This document shows positions 10,178 through 21,274 of a stretch of 39,854 nt of DNA, piece after piece. The notes below the pieces were generated by a model, which was given only the letters and a program-made list of their open reading frames with translations, was not told where the DNA came from and did not search any database. Origin of the DNA: Opitutales bacterium (GTDB taxonomy: Bacteria > Verrucomicrobiota > Verrucomicrobiia > Opitutales > Intestinicryptomonadaceae); NCBI GenBank assembly GCA_017526045.1, contig JAFXRX010000269.1, positions 1-39,854 on the forward strand, read 5' to 3'. A program made the position numbers and the translations under genes. Each line of letters starts with the position of its first letter. The stretch's first letter is position 1.

Positions 10178-11494
10178 TTAAGCCTCCTGTTCGCCCGGGC
10201 GCGGCGAGCTTTCAAGGAGCTCGATTTTGCACTCTTCCACCCTTCTTACGCCTGCTTTTTCGACCGTTATGCACATTGCAGGGTCGCTCAATCTGATTTT
10301 TTCGCCCTTTTCGGGGAACCTGCCCAAAATGTTGGTTATAAGCCCGCCGAAAGTCGAAACCTCGTCGTTGTTGAAATCGACGCCCAAATAGTCCTCGACA
10401 ATGTGTATTGCGGCAAGCCCCGACACTTTGAAGGTGTTTTTGCCCGTTTTTGAAATCGCGTTGGATTCGTCCACAATGTCCTCCTTGATTTGCCCGACAA
10501 TTTCCTCCAAAATCCCGTCGAGGGTAAGAACGCCGATTACCCCGCCGAAGTCGTCCTCGACAAGCGCCATGTGCAGCTCGTTGCGGCGCAGCTTTTGAAG
10601 CGCGGAAAACATTGAATCATCGTGCTTTACGCTTATCACGCCGCGCTTGATTTTCATCAAGTCCACTTTTTCGCCGTTTTCCATGGCCTTGAAAATATCC
10701 TTTATGCGGACGATGCCTATGCAGTTGTCGAGATTTTCAGAGCAGAGCGGATAGCGGGTGTGCCCACATTCGGCGGCAATTTTCAAATTCGCCTCGACGG
10801 GGTCGGAAGTGTCGAAATAATGCACCTTGCTTCTGGGTATCATCACGTCCGAAATTTCGAGCTCGTTCAAGCGGATTGAATTGCGCACGATTTTTTTTGC
10901 GTACGGATGCAGCTCCTCGGTTTCCTCCTCCTCGGCGCGCAGCTTCACCAAAACGTCGATGTGGTCGAAAGATGCGTCGTCTTCGGAAATTTTCCTGCCG
11001 AAAAACTTTTCCGAAACCTTGCGGGCGAGAATTTCAAAGGGAAAAACCAGATAATAAAAGCACAAAAAGATTTTAGAGAACCGCTTTATTGTCTTCACCG
11101 GCTCCCTCGAGGCGAAATACGCCCCGGGCAGGTCGCAGAAAACGTACTGGCAAAACAGCGTTATAAAAATCGAAAGCCCGACGAGCTTAAGCCCCGTGTT
11201 CGGGCCGATTTCAGCCCCGCCAAGCTTCAAAATTCCGTACATCGCCGCAACCAGCGCAAAAGTCGCGGCTATCAAAAAAAACCTCGCCCCGAGAGCTGCA
11301 AAAACGCCGACTTTTTTCGATTTTTCAATTAGGCGCATCTCGTAGCTTGAAAGCTGCGCCTTCTCCTTGGCGTCCGCGCTCTCGAACCTGACAGCCGCAA
11401 CCGCGTAGGAAATCGACACAAAAGTCATATTTGCGACGAACGAAAGCGCGGCAACCGCCCCGCCGCAAACCAGCTCAATCAAACTCTCTTTCAT
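10178..11494 (-). CDS. Hemolysin/CNNM family protein (DUF21 + CBS pair + CorC domain)
   Basis: N-terminal TM region, VMIPR, GHTRYP, HMALVEDDFGGVIGVLTLDGILEEIVG and STFGG CorC motif. Confidence 0.9.
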   Translation of the reverse strand: MKESLIELVCGGAVAALSFVANMTFVSISYAVAAVRFESADAKEKAQLSSYEMRLIEKSKKVGVFAALGARFFLIAATFALVAAMYGILKLGGAEIGPNTGLKLVGLSIFITLFCQYVFCDLPGAYFASREPVKTIKRFSKIFLCFYYLVFPFEILARKVSEKFFGRKISEDDASFDHIDVLVKLRAEEEETEELHPYAKKIVRNSIRLNELEISDVMIPRSKVHYFDTSDPVEANLKIAAECGHTRYPLCSENLDNCIGIVRIKDIFKAMENGEKVDLMKIKRGVISVKHDDSMFSALQKLRRNELHMALVEDDFGGVIGVLTLDGILEEIVGQIKEDIVDESNAISKTGKNTFKVSGLAAIHIVEDYLGVDFNNDEVSTFGGLITNILGRFPEKGEKIRLSDPAMCITVEKAGVRRVEECKIELLESSPRPGEQEA

Positions 11495-11498
11495 CTAA

Positions 11499-12587
11499 TT
11501 AAAGCAGCTTGGCAAATTCCGCCAAAAAACGCTCGTTTTGCCCGGGAGTGCCGATTGTTATGCGCAGCCAGTCGGGCAGCCCGTAGCCGACGTTCGGGCG
11601 GACTATCACGCCCACTCTTTGCAAGGCGTCGAACTTTTTCAGGGCGTCCTTTACTTTCACCATAATGAAATTTCCGCCTTCGGAAATGTATTCCAAGCCA
11701 AGCTCATTGAAACGCTTTTCAATTTGGGCCCTGCCCTGCTTGTTCATGGCCTTGCTCTTTTCGTAGAACTCATCGTCGTCCAAAGCCGCCATCGCCGCGA
11801 TTTGCGCAAGAGTGTTCATATTGAAGGGCTCGCGCACGCGGTTTATGTAGCCTGCAAGCTCCTCGGAGCAGTAGCCGTAGCCCGCGCGCAAGCCCGCAAG
11901 CCCGTAGATTTTCGAGAAGGTCTTAAGCCCTATGACGTTCCTGCCCTCGGCAATCAAGCCGCGGATGTCGACAGGCTCGTCCTGGAAATCGCTGTAAGCC
12001 TCGTCGTAGCAAAATACGACGTGCTCGGGCAAAGCCCTTACAAAGTCGAACACTTCCTTTTGCGAAAGAACTGTGCCCGTGGGGTTGTTGGGGTTTGCCA
12101 AAAACACGATTTTTGTCTTTTCGTCAACCGCGTCGAGCATCTGCTGCAGGTCGTAGCGAAGCCCGGGCATTGGCACTTCGCGCGCCTCCGCGCCCATAAG
12201 CAGGGTCGAAAGCTTGTAGACAATGAAAGACTGCGCGCCCATTACTGCGTTGTCGGTTTCGTTCAAAAGCGCGTGCGCGACAAGCTCGATAACCTCGTTT
12301 GAACCGTTGCCGAACACAAGCTGGGTGGGTTTTAGCCCCATTTTTTTGGAGATTTTGCGCCCGAGCTCGTAGCAGCCGCCGTCGGGGTAGTAGTTCAAAT
12401 TGTCCAAAGACTTTGAAACGGCTTCAATAGCCTTTGTGCAGGGGCCCATCGGGTTTTCATTGGACGCCATTTTCAAGATGCCGTCGGGGTCGAGCCCGAA
12501 TTCGCGGGCTACATATTCTATTGGCTTGCCCGCCTGGTATACAGGCTGGCTCAAAACTGATTTCCTTACTATGTTTTCGATTTTCAT
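11499..12587 (-). CDS. hisC: Histidinol-phosphate aminotransferase
   Basis: KMASNENP, GNGSNE, NPNNPTG, DEAY and TFSKIYGLAGLR (PLP lysine). Confidence 0.95.
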   Translation of the reverse strand: MKIENIVRKSVLSQPVYQAGKPIEYVAREFGLDPDGILKMASNENPMGPCTKAIEAVSKSLDNLNYYPDGGCYELGRKISKKMGLKPTQLVFGNGSNEVIELVAHALLNETDNAVMGAQSFIVYKLSTLLMGAEAREVPMPGLRYDLQQMLDAVDEKTKIVFLANPNNPTGTVLSQKEVFDFVRALPEHVVFCYDEAYSDFQDEPVDIRGLIAEGRNVIGLKTFSKIYGLAGLRAGYGYCSEELAGYINRVREPFNMNTLAQIAAMAALDDDEFYEKSKAMNKQGRAQIEKRFNELGLEYISEGGNFIMVKVKDALKKFDALQRVGVIVRPNVGYGLPDWLRITIGTPGQNERFLAEFAKLL

Positions 12588-12655
12588 TTGTCTTGCAATA
12601 TTGAGCCTAATTTTATTATTTGCAAGTTCAGATAAATTTTCTATTCATTTTCTTT

Positions 12656-13588
12656 ATGCAGATAATTTGTACAGGAGCAACGGGGCTCGTCGGCTATAAT
12701 TTTGTAAAAGCCGCGCTTTCAAGAGGGCACAAAATCACCGCAATTTGCAATTCATCAGACTTCCCGAAAATGGAGGGCGTTGAAGTTGCAAAGCTTGACC
12801 TTTCGGACTTTTCCGCAGTGGAGCGGTTTTTTTTGGACAGGTTCCCCGAGGCCATCGCAAACTGCGCGGCAATTTCAAGTCCGTCCGTCGTCGACAAAAA
12901 TCCGGAGCGTGCCCGCGTTTTGAACGTCCTGCTGCCCGAAAAGCTCGCAATGCTTGCAAACCACATGAACAGCCGCCTTGTGCACCTTTCAACCGACATG
13001 GTTTTTGACGGCTCGCGCGCCCCCTACAAAAATACGGATGCCCCCCGCCCCTTCAACCAATACGGGCAGACGAAGCTCGAAGCGGAAACGGCTGTATTAA
13101 AATACGCCGCAAGCCAAAGCGTCGTGCTGCGCATTTCCCACGTCTGCGGCAGGGGGCTGAAGCAAAACCGCTCGTTTGACGAAAAGCTCTTCCACTGCCT
13201 CGCCCGCGGCGAAAAATACGAGCAGCCCGAAAACGAAATAAAGCGTTTTCTGCCCGCAAGCAGGGTCGCGGAACTTATGACGGAACTATTTGAGAGGCCG
13301 AATGTTAGCGGCATTTACCACTACTGCGGCCTCGAAAGCCTCTCGCGCTACGAGGCGGCGCGGCGCATCTGCGAAAAATTCGGGCTCGACCCGCAAAAAT
13401 ACCTCGAAAAGAAGAACTTGCCAAAAGACGCCGATTTCAGCCTCGATATGTCGTGCATATCAAGCCGCGTGAAAACTCCCGCGGTAAATTTTGCCGAAAT
13501 TTTGGACGAAATTGAAATCCCCGACGCCTGTCTTGAATGGTATCAAGCCCAAACCGGCAAGACGCCGATAAAGCGTTTCAAGCTCTAA
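12656..13588 (+). CDS. RmlD-like extended SDR (dTDP-4-dehydrorhamnose reductase family)
   Basis: TGATGLVG Rossmann motif, HLSTDMVFDG and YGQTK catalytic YxxxK; start taken at ATG 12656. Confidence 0.85.
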   Translation: MQIICTGATGLVGYNFVKAALSRGHKITAICNSSDFPKMEGVEVAKLDLSDFSAVERFFLDRFPEAIANCAAISSPSVVDKNPERARVLNVLLPEKLAMLANHMNSRLVHLSTDMVFDGSRAPYKNTDAPRPFNQYGQTKLEAETAVLKYAASQSVVLRISHVCGRGLKQNRSFDEKLFHCLARGEKYEQPENEIKRFLPASRVAELMTELFERPNVSGIYHYCGLESLSRYEAARRICEKFGLDPQKYLEKKNLPKDADFSLDMSCISSRVKTPAVNFAEILDEIEIPDACLEWYQAQTGKTPIKRFKL

Positions 13589-13594
13589 ATTAAT

Positions 13595-13635
13595 AAAAAA
13601 CGGCTCAAAATTTTGCGTTTTTGAGCCGTTTTTTT
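13595..13635. terminator. Bidirectional intrinsic terminator between the convergent SDR gene and pyrG
   Basis: Inverted repeat aaaaaacggctcaaaa / ttttgagccgtttttt with flanking A and T tracts. Confidence 0.85.
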
Positions 13636-13657
13636 AACGCTTTTTTTTGCGCTTTTT

Positions 13658-15277
<1,620 letters not shown>

Positions 15278-15450
15278 CTAATTTGCGATTTTAAGGATAA
15301 AAGCAACACATTTCTTGCAAAAAAAAAATTTTTTTAAATTATGCCAAAAAGGCTTGACGCCGCCTTGAAATTTTAAGATATTTACCCTCCCTTTTTCAAA
15401 ATATGGAAGGGATTTTTTTATTTTAGAAAACGGAAAGGTGGTGAAAAGAA

Positions 15451-15651
15451 ATGCCAGTAGAAGTTAGAATGCGAAAGGGCGAGGCGATGGAAAAAGCATT
15501 GCGCCGCTTGAAGAAGAAGATTGATCGCGAAGGCATCATCCGCGACGTCCGCCAGAAGCGCTACTTTGAAAAGCCTTGCGAAGTAAAACGCCGCAAGCGC
15601 AAGGTTGCCGCCTTCAACAACATGCCCCGCCAGCGCTACGAAAACCGCTAA
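15451..15651 (+). CDS. rpsU: 30S ribosomal protein S21
   Basis: ALRRLKKK...RYFEKP; SD-like AAGGTGGTG upstream. Confidence 0.95.
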   Translation: MPVEVRMRKGEAMEKALRRLKKKIDREGIIRDVRQKRYFEKPCEVKRRKRKVAAFNNMPRQRYENR

Positions 15652-15674
15652 TTTCGCGGGCAAAAAAACTTTCC

Positions 15675-15700
15675 AAGCCCTCTTTTTCGAGGGCTTTTTT
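15675..15700 (+). terminator. Intrinsic terminator after rpsU
   Basis: aagccctc-loop-gagggctt followed by a T tract. Confidence 0.8.
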
Positions 15701-15754
15701 ATTGCTTTTTGCAGGGGCTATATCTTATATTTTTTTAAACTTCATAAACAAAAA

Positions 15755-16570
15755 ATGCCGCAAAACGCAATTACAGCCCTAACCCTTGCAACTTTGGCGG
15801 GAGCCGCGACTATGCTCGGGGCTTTCGTCGCATTTTTTGTAAAGAAAAATTCGTTCAAAACGCTTTCCTACGGGCTGAGTTTTTCGGCGGGCGTGATGCT
15901 CTTTTTGGCGTTTATGGAAATTATGCCCGAAGCCATGAAAGATTTGGCGGAGTCGGTATCGGAAAACAAAGCGCGAATTATTGCGACTGTCGGATTTTTT
16001 GTCGGCATAATTTTAAGCGCAATTATCGACAGGCTTTTTCCCGAGCACATTTCGGGCGAGGAAATCGAGGAGGAAAAAAATCAGGCAATTTTGGGCGCAA
16101 GGCAAAAAAAACATTCGCATATCGACATGTCAAAGCTCGGCATTTTTACCGCCCTTGCCTTGACAATCCACAATTTCCCAGAAGGCCTTTCGGTTTTCAT
16201 TTCCGGGGTGGACAACATTTCGCTGGGGCTTTCAATAGCCATTGCAATCGCGCTGCACAACATTCCCGAGGGAATATCTGTTGCGCTTCCCGTTTATCTT
16301 TCAAGCGGCAGCAAAAAAAAGGCGTTTTTTTACACGGGAATTTCGGCAATGGCGGAACCTTTTGGGGCGATTTGCGGAATGTTTGTCTTAAAATATTTTG
16401 CAAGCGATTTTACTTTGGGCGCGTTTCTTTCGTTCACTGCGGGGATTATGGTCTACCTTGCAATAGACGAGCTCATGCCCGCCGCAAAGGAATATGAGGA
16501 CGGCCACGAATCTGTCGTGGGCGTAATTTTGGGAATGATGCTGATGTCGGTTGTAACGTACTTTTTTTAA
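15755..16570 (+). CDS. zupT: ZIP family zinc transporter ZupT
   Basis: FSAGVM, IHNFPEG, LHNIPEG and AEPFGA; start taken at ATG 15755. Confidence 0.93.
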   Translation: MPQNAITALTLATLAGAATMLGAFVAFFVKKNSFKTLSYGLSFSAGVMLFLAFMEIMPEAMKDLAESVSENKARIIATVGFFVGIILSAIIDRLFPEHISGEEIEEEKNQAILGARQKKHSHIDMSKLGIFTALALTIHNFPEGLSVFISGVDNISLGLSIAIAIALHNIPEGISVALPVYLSSGSKKKAFFYTGISAMAEPFGAICGMFVLKYFASDFTLGAFLSFTAGIMVYLAIDELMPAAKEYEDGHESVVGVILGMMLMSVVTYFF

Positions 16571-16894
16571 GGCGGAGCAAATAATTTCTTTTTAAGCTGC
16601 ATAGATATATAGAAAAAAAATTTAAGTCTAAATCTCTATTCAATATGCTGTGTCAATATGTAGATAAGTTTTTATTTTGCTTAAAATGATGCAGTTATGG
16701 CTAATTTTTTTTGGCGGAAACTCTTTAATTGTTTTTCAAAAGTTTAGGCAAATATGAAAATAGGGAAGTTATTGAAAATTTATTTGCGCGCCGTTTTCAA
16801 ACTTTTGACAGTTTATTGACATTTAAAGAAATTATTTTGCTTGAAAAACAAGCTCCAATCTAAAAAAATGCCTTTTTTTAAATCAAATACCGTT

Positions 16895-17311
16895 ATGGAA
16901 AGAACACTTATAATCTTTAAACCCGATTGCATCAAAAGAAAGCTTGAAGGCAAAGTCTTGGATATTTTCCTTTCAAAAGGCTTCAATTTGAAAGCCTGCA
17001 AGATGATGCATCTGGACTTGAACCTTTTAAGCCGCCACTACGACCACTTAAAAGACAAGCCGTTCTTCCCGGGTATTGTCGATTTTATGACGAGCGACCA
17101 TGTAATGGTTTTGGTTTTCGAAGCCGAAAACGCAATCGCAAGGGCGAGGGAAATGCTTGGCCCCACAGACTCAACAAAGGCGGAAAAAGGCACTATCAGG
17201 GGCGATTTCGGCACGGACATGCGCATGAATGTCTGCCACGCCTCCGACTCTGTCGAATCCGCCGAGCGCGAGATTGCAAACTTCTTCCTGCCGGAAGAAA
17301 TTTTTGATTAA
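16895..17311 (+). CDS. ndk: Nucleoside diphosphate kinase
   Basis: MERTLIIFKPD, GTIRGDFG and NVCHASDS (phospho-His); start at ATG 16895. Confidence 0.97.
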   Translation: MERTLIIFKPDCIKRKLEGKVLDIFLSKGFNLKACKMMHLDLNLLSRHYDHLKDKPFFPGIVDFMTSDHVMVLVFEAENAIARAREMLGPTDSTKAEKGTIRGDFGTDMRMNVCHASDSVESAEREIANFFLPEEIFD

Positions 17312-17314
17312 AAA

Positions 17315-17956
17315 GTGCACACACAAGAAGAGATTTTTGCGCCCTTCCCCGAATTAAGCCAAGACATTCGGGAAAAATTGATGGCTTTTGCGGGGCTTTT
17401 AAAAGAAACCAACGCGCGGGTAAATCTCATTTCAAGAAAAGACGAGGACGATATTGCATATAGGCACGTCGCCTTTTGCCTTTCGATATGCAAGTTTTTG
17501 ACGCCGAATGCGGGCGCAAAAATCGCCGATGTCGGCACGGGCGGCGGGCTTCCGGGAATAGTCATGGCGATAGTCTGGCCGCAGGCTAAAGTTTTTATGT
17601 TTGACGGCGTCGGCAAAAAAATCGAGGCGATTTCCCAAATAATAAAGGAGCTCGGGCTAAAAAACGCCATTGCAAAAAAGGCGAGGATAGAAGAAACTAA
17701 GGAGACTTTCGACTACATCACAGGCCGCTCGGTCTGCGCCCTGCCCCAGTTTTTCGGCTTCGTCAAAAATTCGATACGCCGCGGCAGGGCGGGAAATCTC
17801 GAAAACGGAGTGATTTACTTCAAGGGCGGAGAGCTCGAGGAGGAGCTCGCCAAAAAAAATATCCTGCCCGACAAGGAACTGAAGCTCGACGAGTTTTTCG
17901 GCGACCCGAATTACGAGGGCAAAAGGCTGCTGCATTTTAAATTTTTTAAGCGTTGA
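17315..17956 (+). CDS. rsmG: 16S rRNA m7G527 methyltransferase RsmG/GidB
   Basis: NLISR, ADVGTGGGLPGI, RIEE and YFKG. Confidence 0.93.
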   Translation: MHTQEEIFAPFPELSQDIREKLMAFAGLLKETNARVNLISRKDEDDIAYRHVAFCLSICKFLTPNAGAKIADVGTGGGLPGIVMAIVWPQAKVFMFDGVGKKIEAISQIIKELGLKNAIAKKARIEETKETFDYITGRSVCALPQFFGFVKNSIRRGRAGNLENGVIYFKGGELEEELAKKNILPDKELKLDEFFGDPNYEGKRLLHFKFFKR

Positions 17957-17982
17957 AGTGTTTCATTTTTCTGTTAGATTGA

Positions 17983-18780
<798 letters not shown>

Positions 18781-18842
18781 ATTAAAAAAATCTTTAAAAA
18801 TCCAAAAAACGTGTAAAAATCAATTTCCTAAAGAATAAAAAG

Positions 18843-20525
18843 ATGTCAGAAGAAAAAACAAACCAGCCAGTCGATTTGAGCGAACTTGCAAATATGCAGT
18901 TTTCCACTGCATGGTCGCCAAGCACCAATTATGCCGAAAGCCGCCGCGATTTCAAAGGCGGCGCAAAAAAGCGCGGCGACTCCGATTTTAAAAAGCGCGA
19001 ATTCCGCCGCGACAAGCCCGCAAAATTCGACGCGGATTCCGAGCGCAAGCCGCGCAAGCAGTTCGGCGACAAAAAATCCGGCAAAAAATTCGACCGCCGC
19101 GACGCCAAAAAACCCGCAAAAAAAGCCCCCTTCAACTTCACAATGGAAGTCCTCTTCTACCCCGAAGACGCCCCGTTTGCAAAACTTTCCGACGTCATGA
19201 AGCACTTGAAGAGGACGTACCAACTCTTTGATATTGCGGAACTTGTGCTCGAAAAGCCCGAACGCTTCATAATTCTTGCAAAAAATCTGCCGCTCGAAGA
19301 CGGCACTGTGAACCCCCTCTACTGCGCCCAGCCCGCAAACCTCCCCTTCGAGGACGAGGACTCCGCAAAAAAATGCGCCCTCGACTATTGGCTTGCGGAG
19401 CTCTTCGAGCAAATCGAAGTCGAGGCGGAAGCGCCCAAGGGCAACTTCCAGTTCGTCAACCGCTGCACTATTTCGGGCGACATTTTGGGCGCGCCAAACT
19501 GGCATAAATACGGCGAATTTATCCGCGAATACCACGCCCAAAAATTCGCAAAAATGCCCTTCGAAAAATTTCTGGCGTCCATAGAAACTGTCCGCGACGA
19601 GGCTCTTGTGGCGCAGTGGCTCGAGCAAATGAAAAAGCGGACAGCCTACAAATTAAAGGACGGCGAAACCGTATTCAATTCGCGCGACGAGGCTCTGAAT
19701 TACGCAAGGGAGCAGAAAGGCGCGGAGCTTGTGAAAACTTACGAGCAAGTCAGAATGCACGGCGCAGACATCGCGAAATTGCCCGCGGGCTCTCGCATCC
19801 GCCGCAACATCGAAGCCGCCTGGGCAAAGCAAAAACGCTTCCCGATTGTCACCGCAAACAACCTGCGCGGCAGGCTGCGCCGCGGCGGATTTACAATTTA
19901 CAAGCGCGGCTCCAAAGGCTTTGCGTTCGTGTGCGCGGTCAAGCGCAAGTTCCTGCTCGTCGGCGACAGCCTCTCCGAAACTCCGCAAAAAATTTACGAT
20001 TTTCTGCTGGAAAACCAGGGTGTCAAGGCGTCGGATATGCCCTATTTGTATCTCGGCCTGCAGGCTCCGCAAACCGCGCCTGCCGCCGCGAATTTGGCGG
20101 AAGAGCACAAGAAGGAAAGCGAAGGCGGCGAAGTTTCCGCCCCCGTTGCAATCGTCGAAAACGCCGAATTGGGCGCGGACGACATGGCAAAAATCAAGGA
20201 AATTTCAAACGATTTGCTCTGGCTGATTTCGGAAGGCTATGTTGTTGAATACGCCGACGGCGCATTGCAGGCAAACCCGCGCCTGCCCCGCCCGAAGGAA
20301 AAAGGCGCAAAGACCATCACTTCCGACGCGGAATCCATCGTTTTGGGCGTCGAGGACGAGCCGATAGTAGCCCCGAAAGTCGCCGAAGAAGACGCAGCCG
20401 ACGCGGAAGAGGCTGCCGAAGAACCCGCGGAACCCGAGGAAGAGCAAGCCGAAAACAAGCCCGAAGACGCCGCATCCGAAGCGGAACCCGAGGCGCAGCA
20501 GGAGCCCGAAACTCCGCAGCAATAG
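18843..20525 (+). CDS. Hypothetical protein (560 aa) with basic N-terminal and acidic C-terminal low-complexity tails
   Basis: Long ORF with host-like codon usage, followed by a terminator; I recognise no family motif. Confidence 0.85.
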   Translation: MSEEKTNQPVDLSELANMQFSTAWSPSTNYAESRRDFKGGAKKRGDSDFKKREFRRDKPAKFDADSERKPRKQFGDKKSGKKFDRRDAKKPAKKAPFNFTMEVLFYPEDAPFAKLSDVMKHLKRTYQLFDIAELVLEKPERFIILAKNLPLEDGTVNPLYCAQPANLPFEDEDSAKKCALDYWLAELFEQIEVEAEAPKGNFQFVNRCTISGDILGAPNWHKYGEFIREYHAQKFAKMPFEKFLASIETVRDEALVAQWLEQMKKRTAYKLKDGETVFNSRDEALNYAREQKGAELVKTYEQVRMHGADIAKLPAGSRIRRNIEAAWAKQKRFPIVTANNLRGRLRRGGFTIYKRGSKGFAFVCAVKRKFLLVGDSLSETPQKIYDFLLENQGVKASDMPYLYLGLQAPQTAPAAANLAEEHKKESEGGEVSAPVAIVENAELGADDMAKIKEISNDLLWLISEGYVVEYADGALQANPRLPRPKEKGAKTITSDAESIVLGVEDEPIVAPKVAEEDAADAEEAAEEPAEPEEEQAENKPEDAASEAEPEAQQEPETPQQ

Positions 20526-20543
20526 CCCGGATTTCATTCGATT

Positions 20544-20575
20544 AAAAACTCGCGCTTTGCGGCGCGGGTTTTTTT
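20544..20575 (+). terminator. Intrinsic terminator
   Basis: aaaaactcgcgc-loop-gcgcgggttttttt. Confidence 0.75.
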
Positions 20576-20653
20576 GCGCCCGGTCGCGCCCTATTTTTTG
20601 AATGCGCGGCGTTTTGAGAAACGCAGCCGCGTTTTAATTTCTTGGGTGAAAAA

Positions 20654-20669
20654 TGTTCCACGTGGAACT
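20654..20669. promoter_or_regulatory. parS site 1 (ParB-binding centromere)
   Basis: TGTTCCACGTGGAACT, 15/16 match to the palindrome TGTTCCACGTGGAACA. Confidence 0.85.
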
Positions 20670-20993
20670 TTTTTTAAGCGGAAAATTTTTTTTGCATGCG
20701 CGAAGGCGGGTCTAAAATTTTTCCACTCCCCTGCCCTGCTTTGCTATTTTTTGATTTTTATTTTTTCCGAGCCGAAATGTCGGCGGCTGCAAAAAATTTT
20801 AGATAAAAGTTTTTTAAGGGCGGCAAATTTTTGGACAAAAAGCAAAATTTAGGGCGATTTTCCGAAAAAAGCGCGAGGATGCCCCTAAAACAAAGCGAAA
20901 CATGCGGAGCGACTGGTTTGTTGTAAAAATGTTTTCGGCAAAATCTCAAACGAATGAGATTTTGAGTTTTTTTGCTGGTTTTCAAGATTTTTT

Positions 20994-21152
20994 TCAGTCC
21001 TGCCCTGTTTGGCAGCAGTAAAATTTTTCGCAAATTTTATAAAGCAGGTAGAGCGCAAAAACCGGAACGGCGGCAACCCAAATGTAAGCCCAGCCGAAAA
21101 ATAGCGCGAAGGCAGCTTCGGGCTCCTGAAGAAATTGTTCCACGTGGAACAA
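20994..21152 (-). CDS. Putative 52-aa single-TM small protein or gene remnant, not in the ORF track
   Basis: TTG start; translates to [52 protein letters not shown]. Confidence 0.4.
   Translation of the reverse strand: MFHVEQFLQEPEAAFALFFGWAYIWVAAVPVFALYLLYKICEKFYCCQTGQD
21136..21151. promoter_or_regulatory. parS site 2
   Basis: Perfect TGTTCCACGTGGAACA; the palindrome extends to 24 bp (21132-21155). Confidence 0.92.
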
Positions 21153-21274
21153 TTTTTTGGCGGCGGCAAGATGTGCGTAATTTTTTGCCTAAAATTTTCA
21201 AAATAAAATTTGCAGTGGGCGCGGCGCCGCAGTTTAGGCTTGAAAGCGGGCGAAAGTGTGCAAGCATAGTCGAA

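Noticed and set aside
15620-15632. Pro in the RpsU C-terminal helix (NNMPRQRY)
   Set aside because: Could be a single-base error or a neutral variant; cannot be judged without reads or homologue alignments.
20972-21274. 101-aa N-terminal extension of MnmG in the ORF track
   Set aside because: Low-complexity translation of intergenic DNA that includes a parS site; homology starts at ATG 21275.
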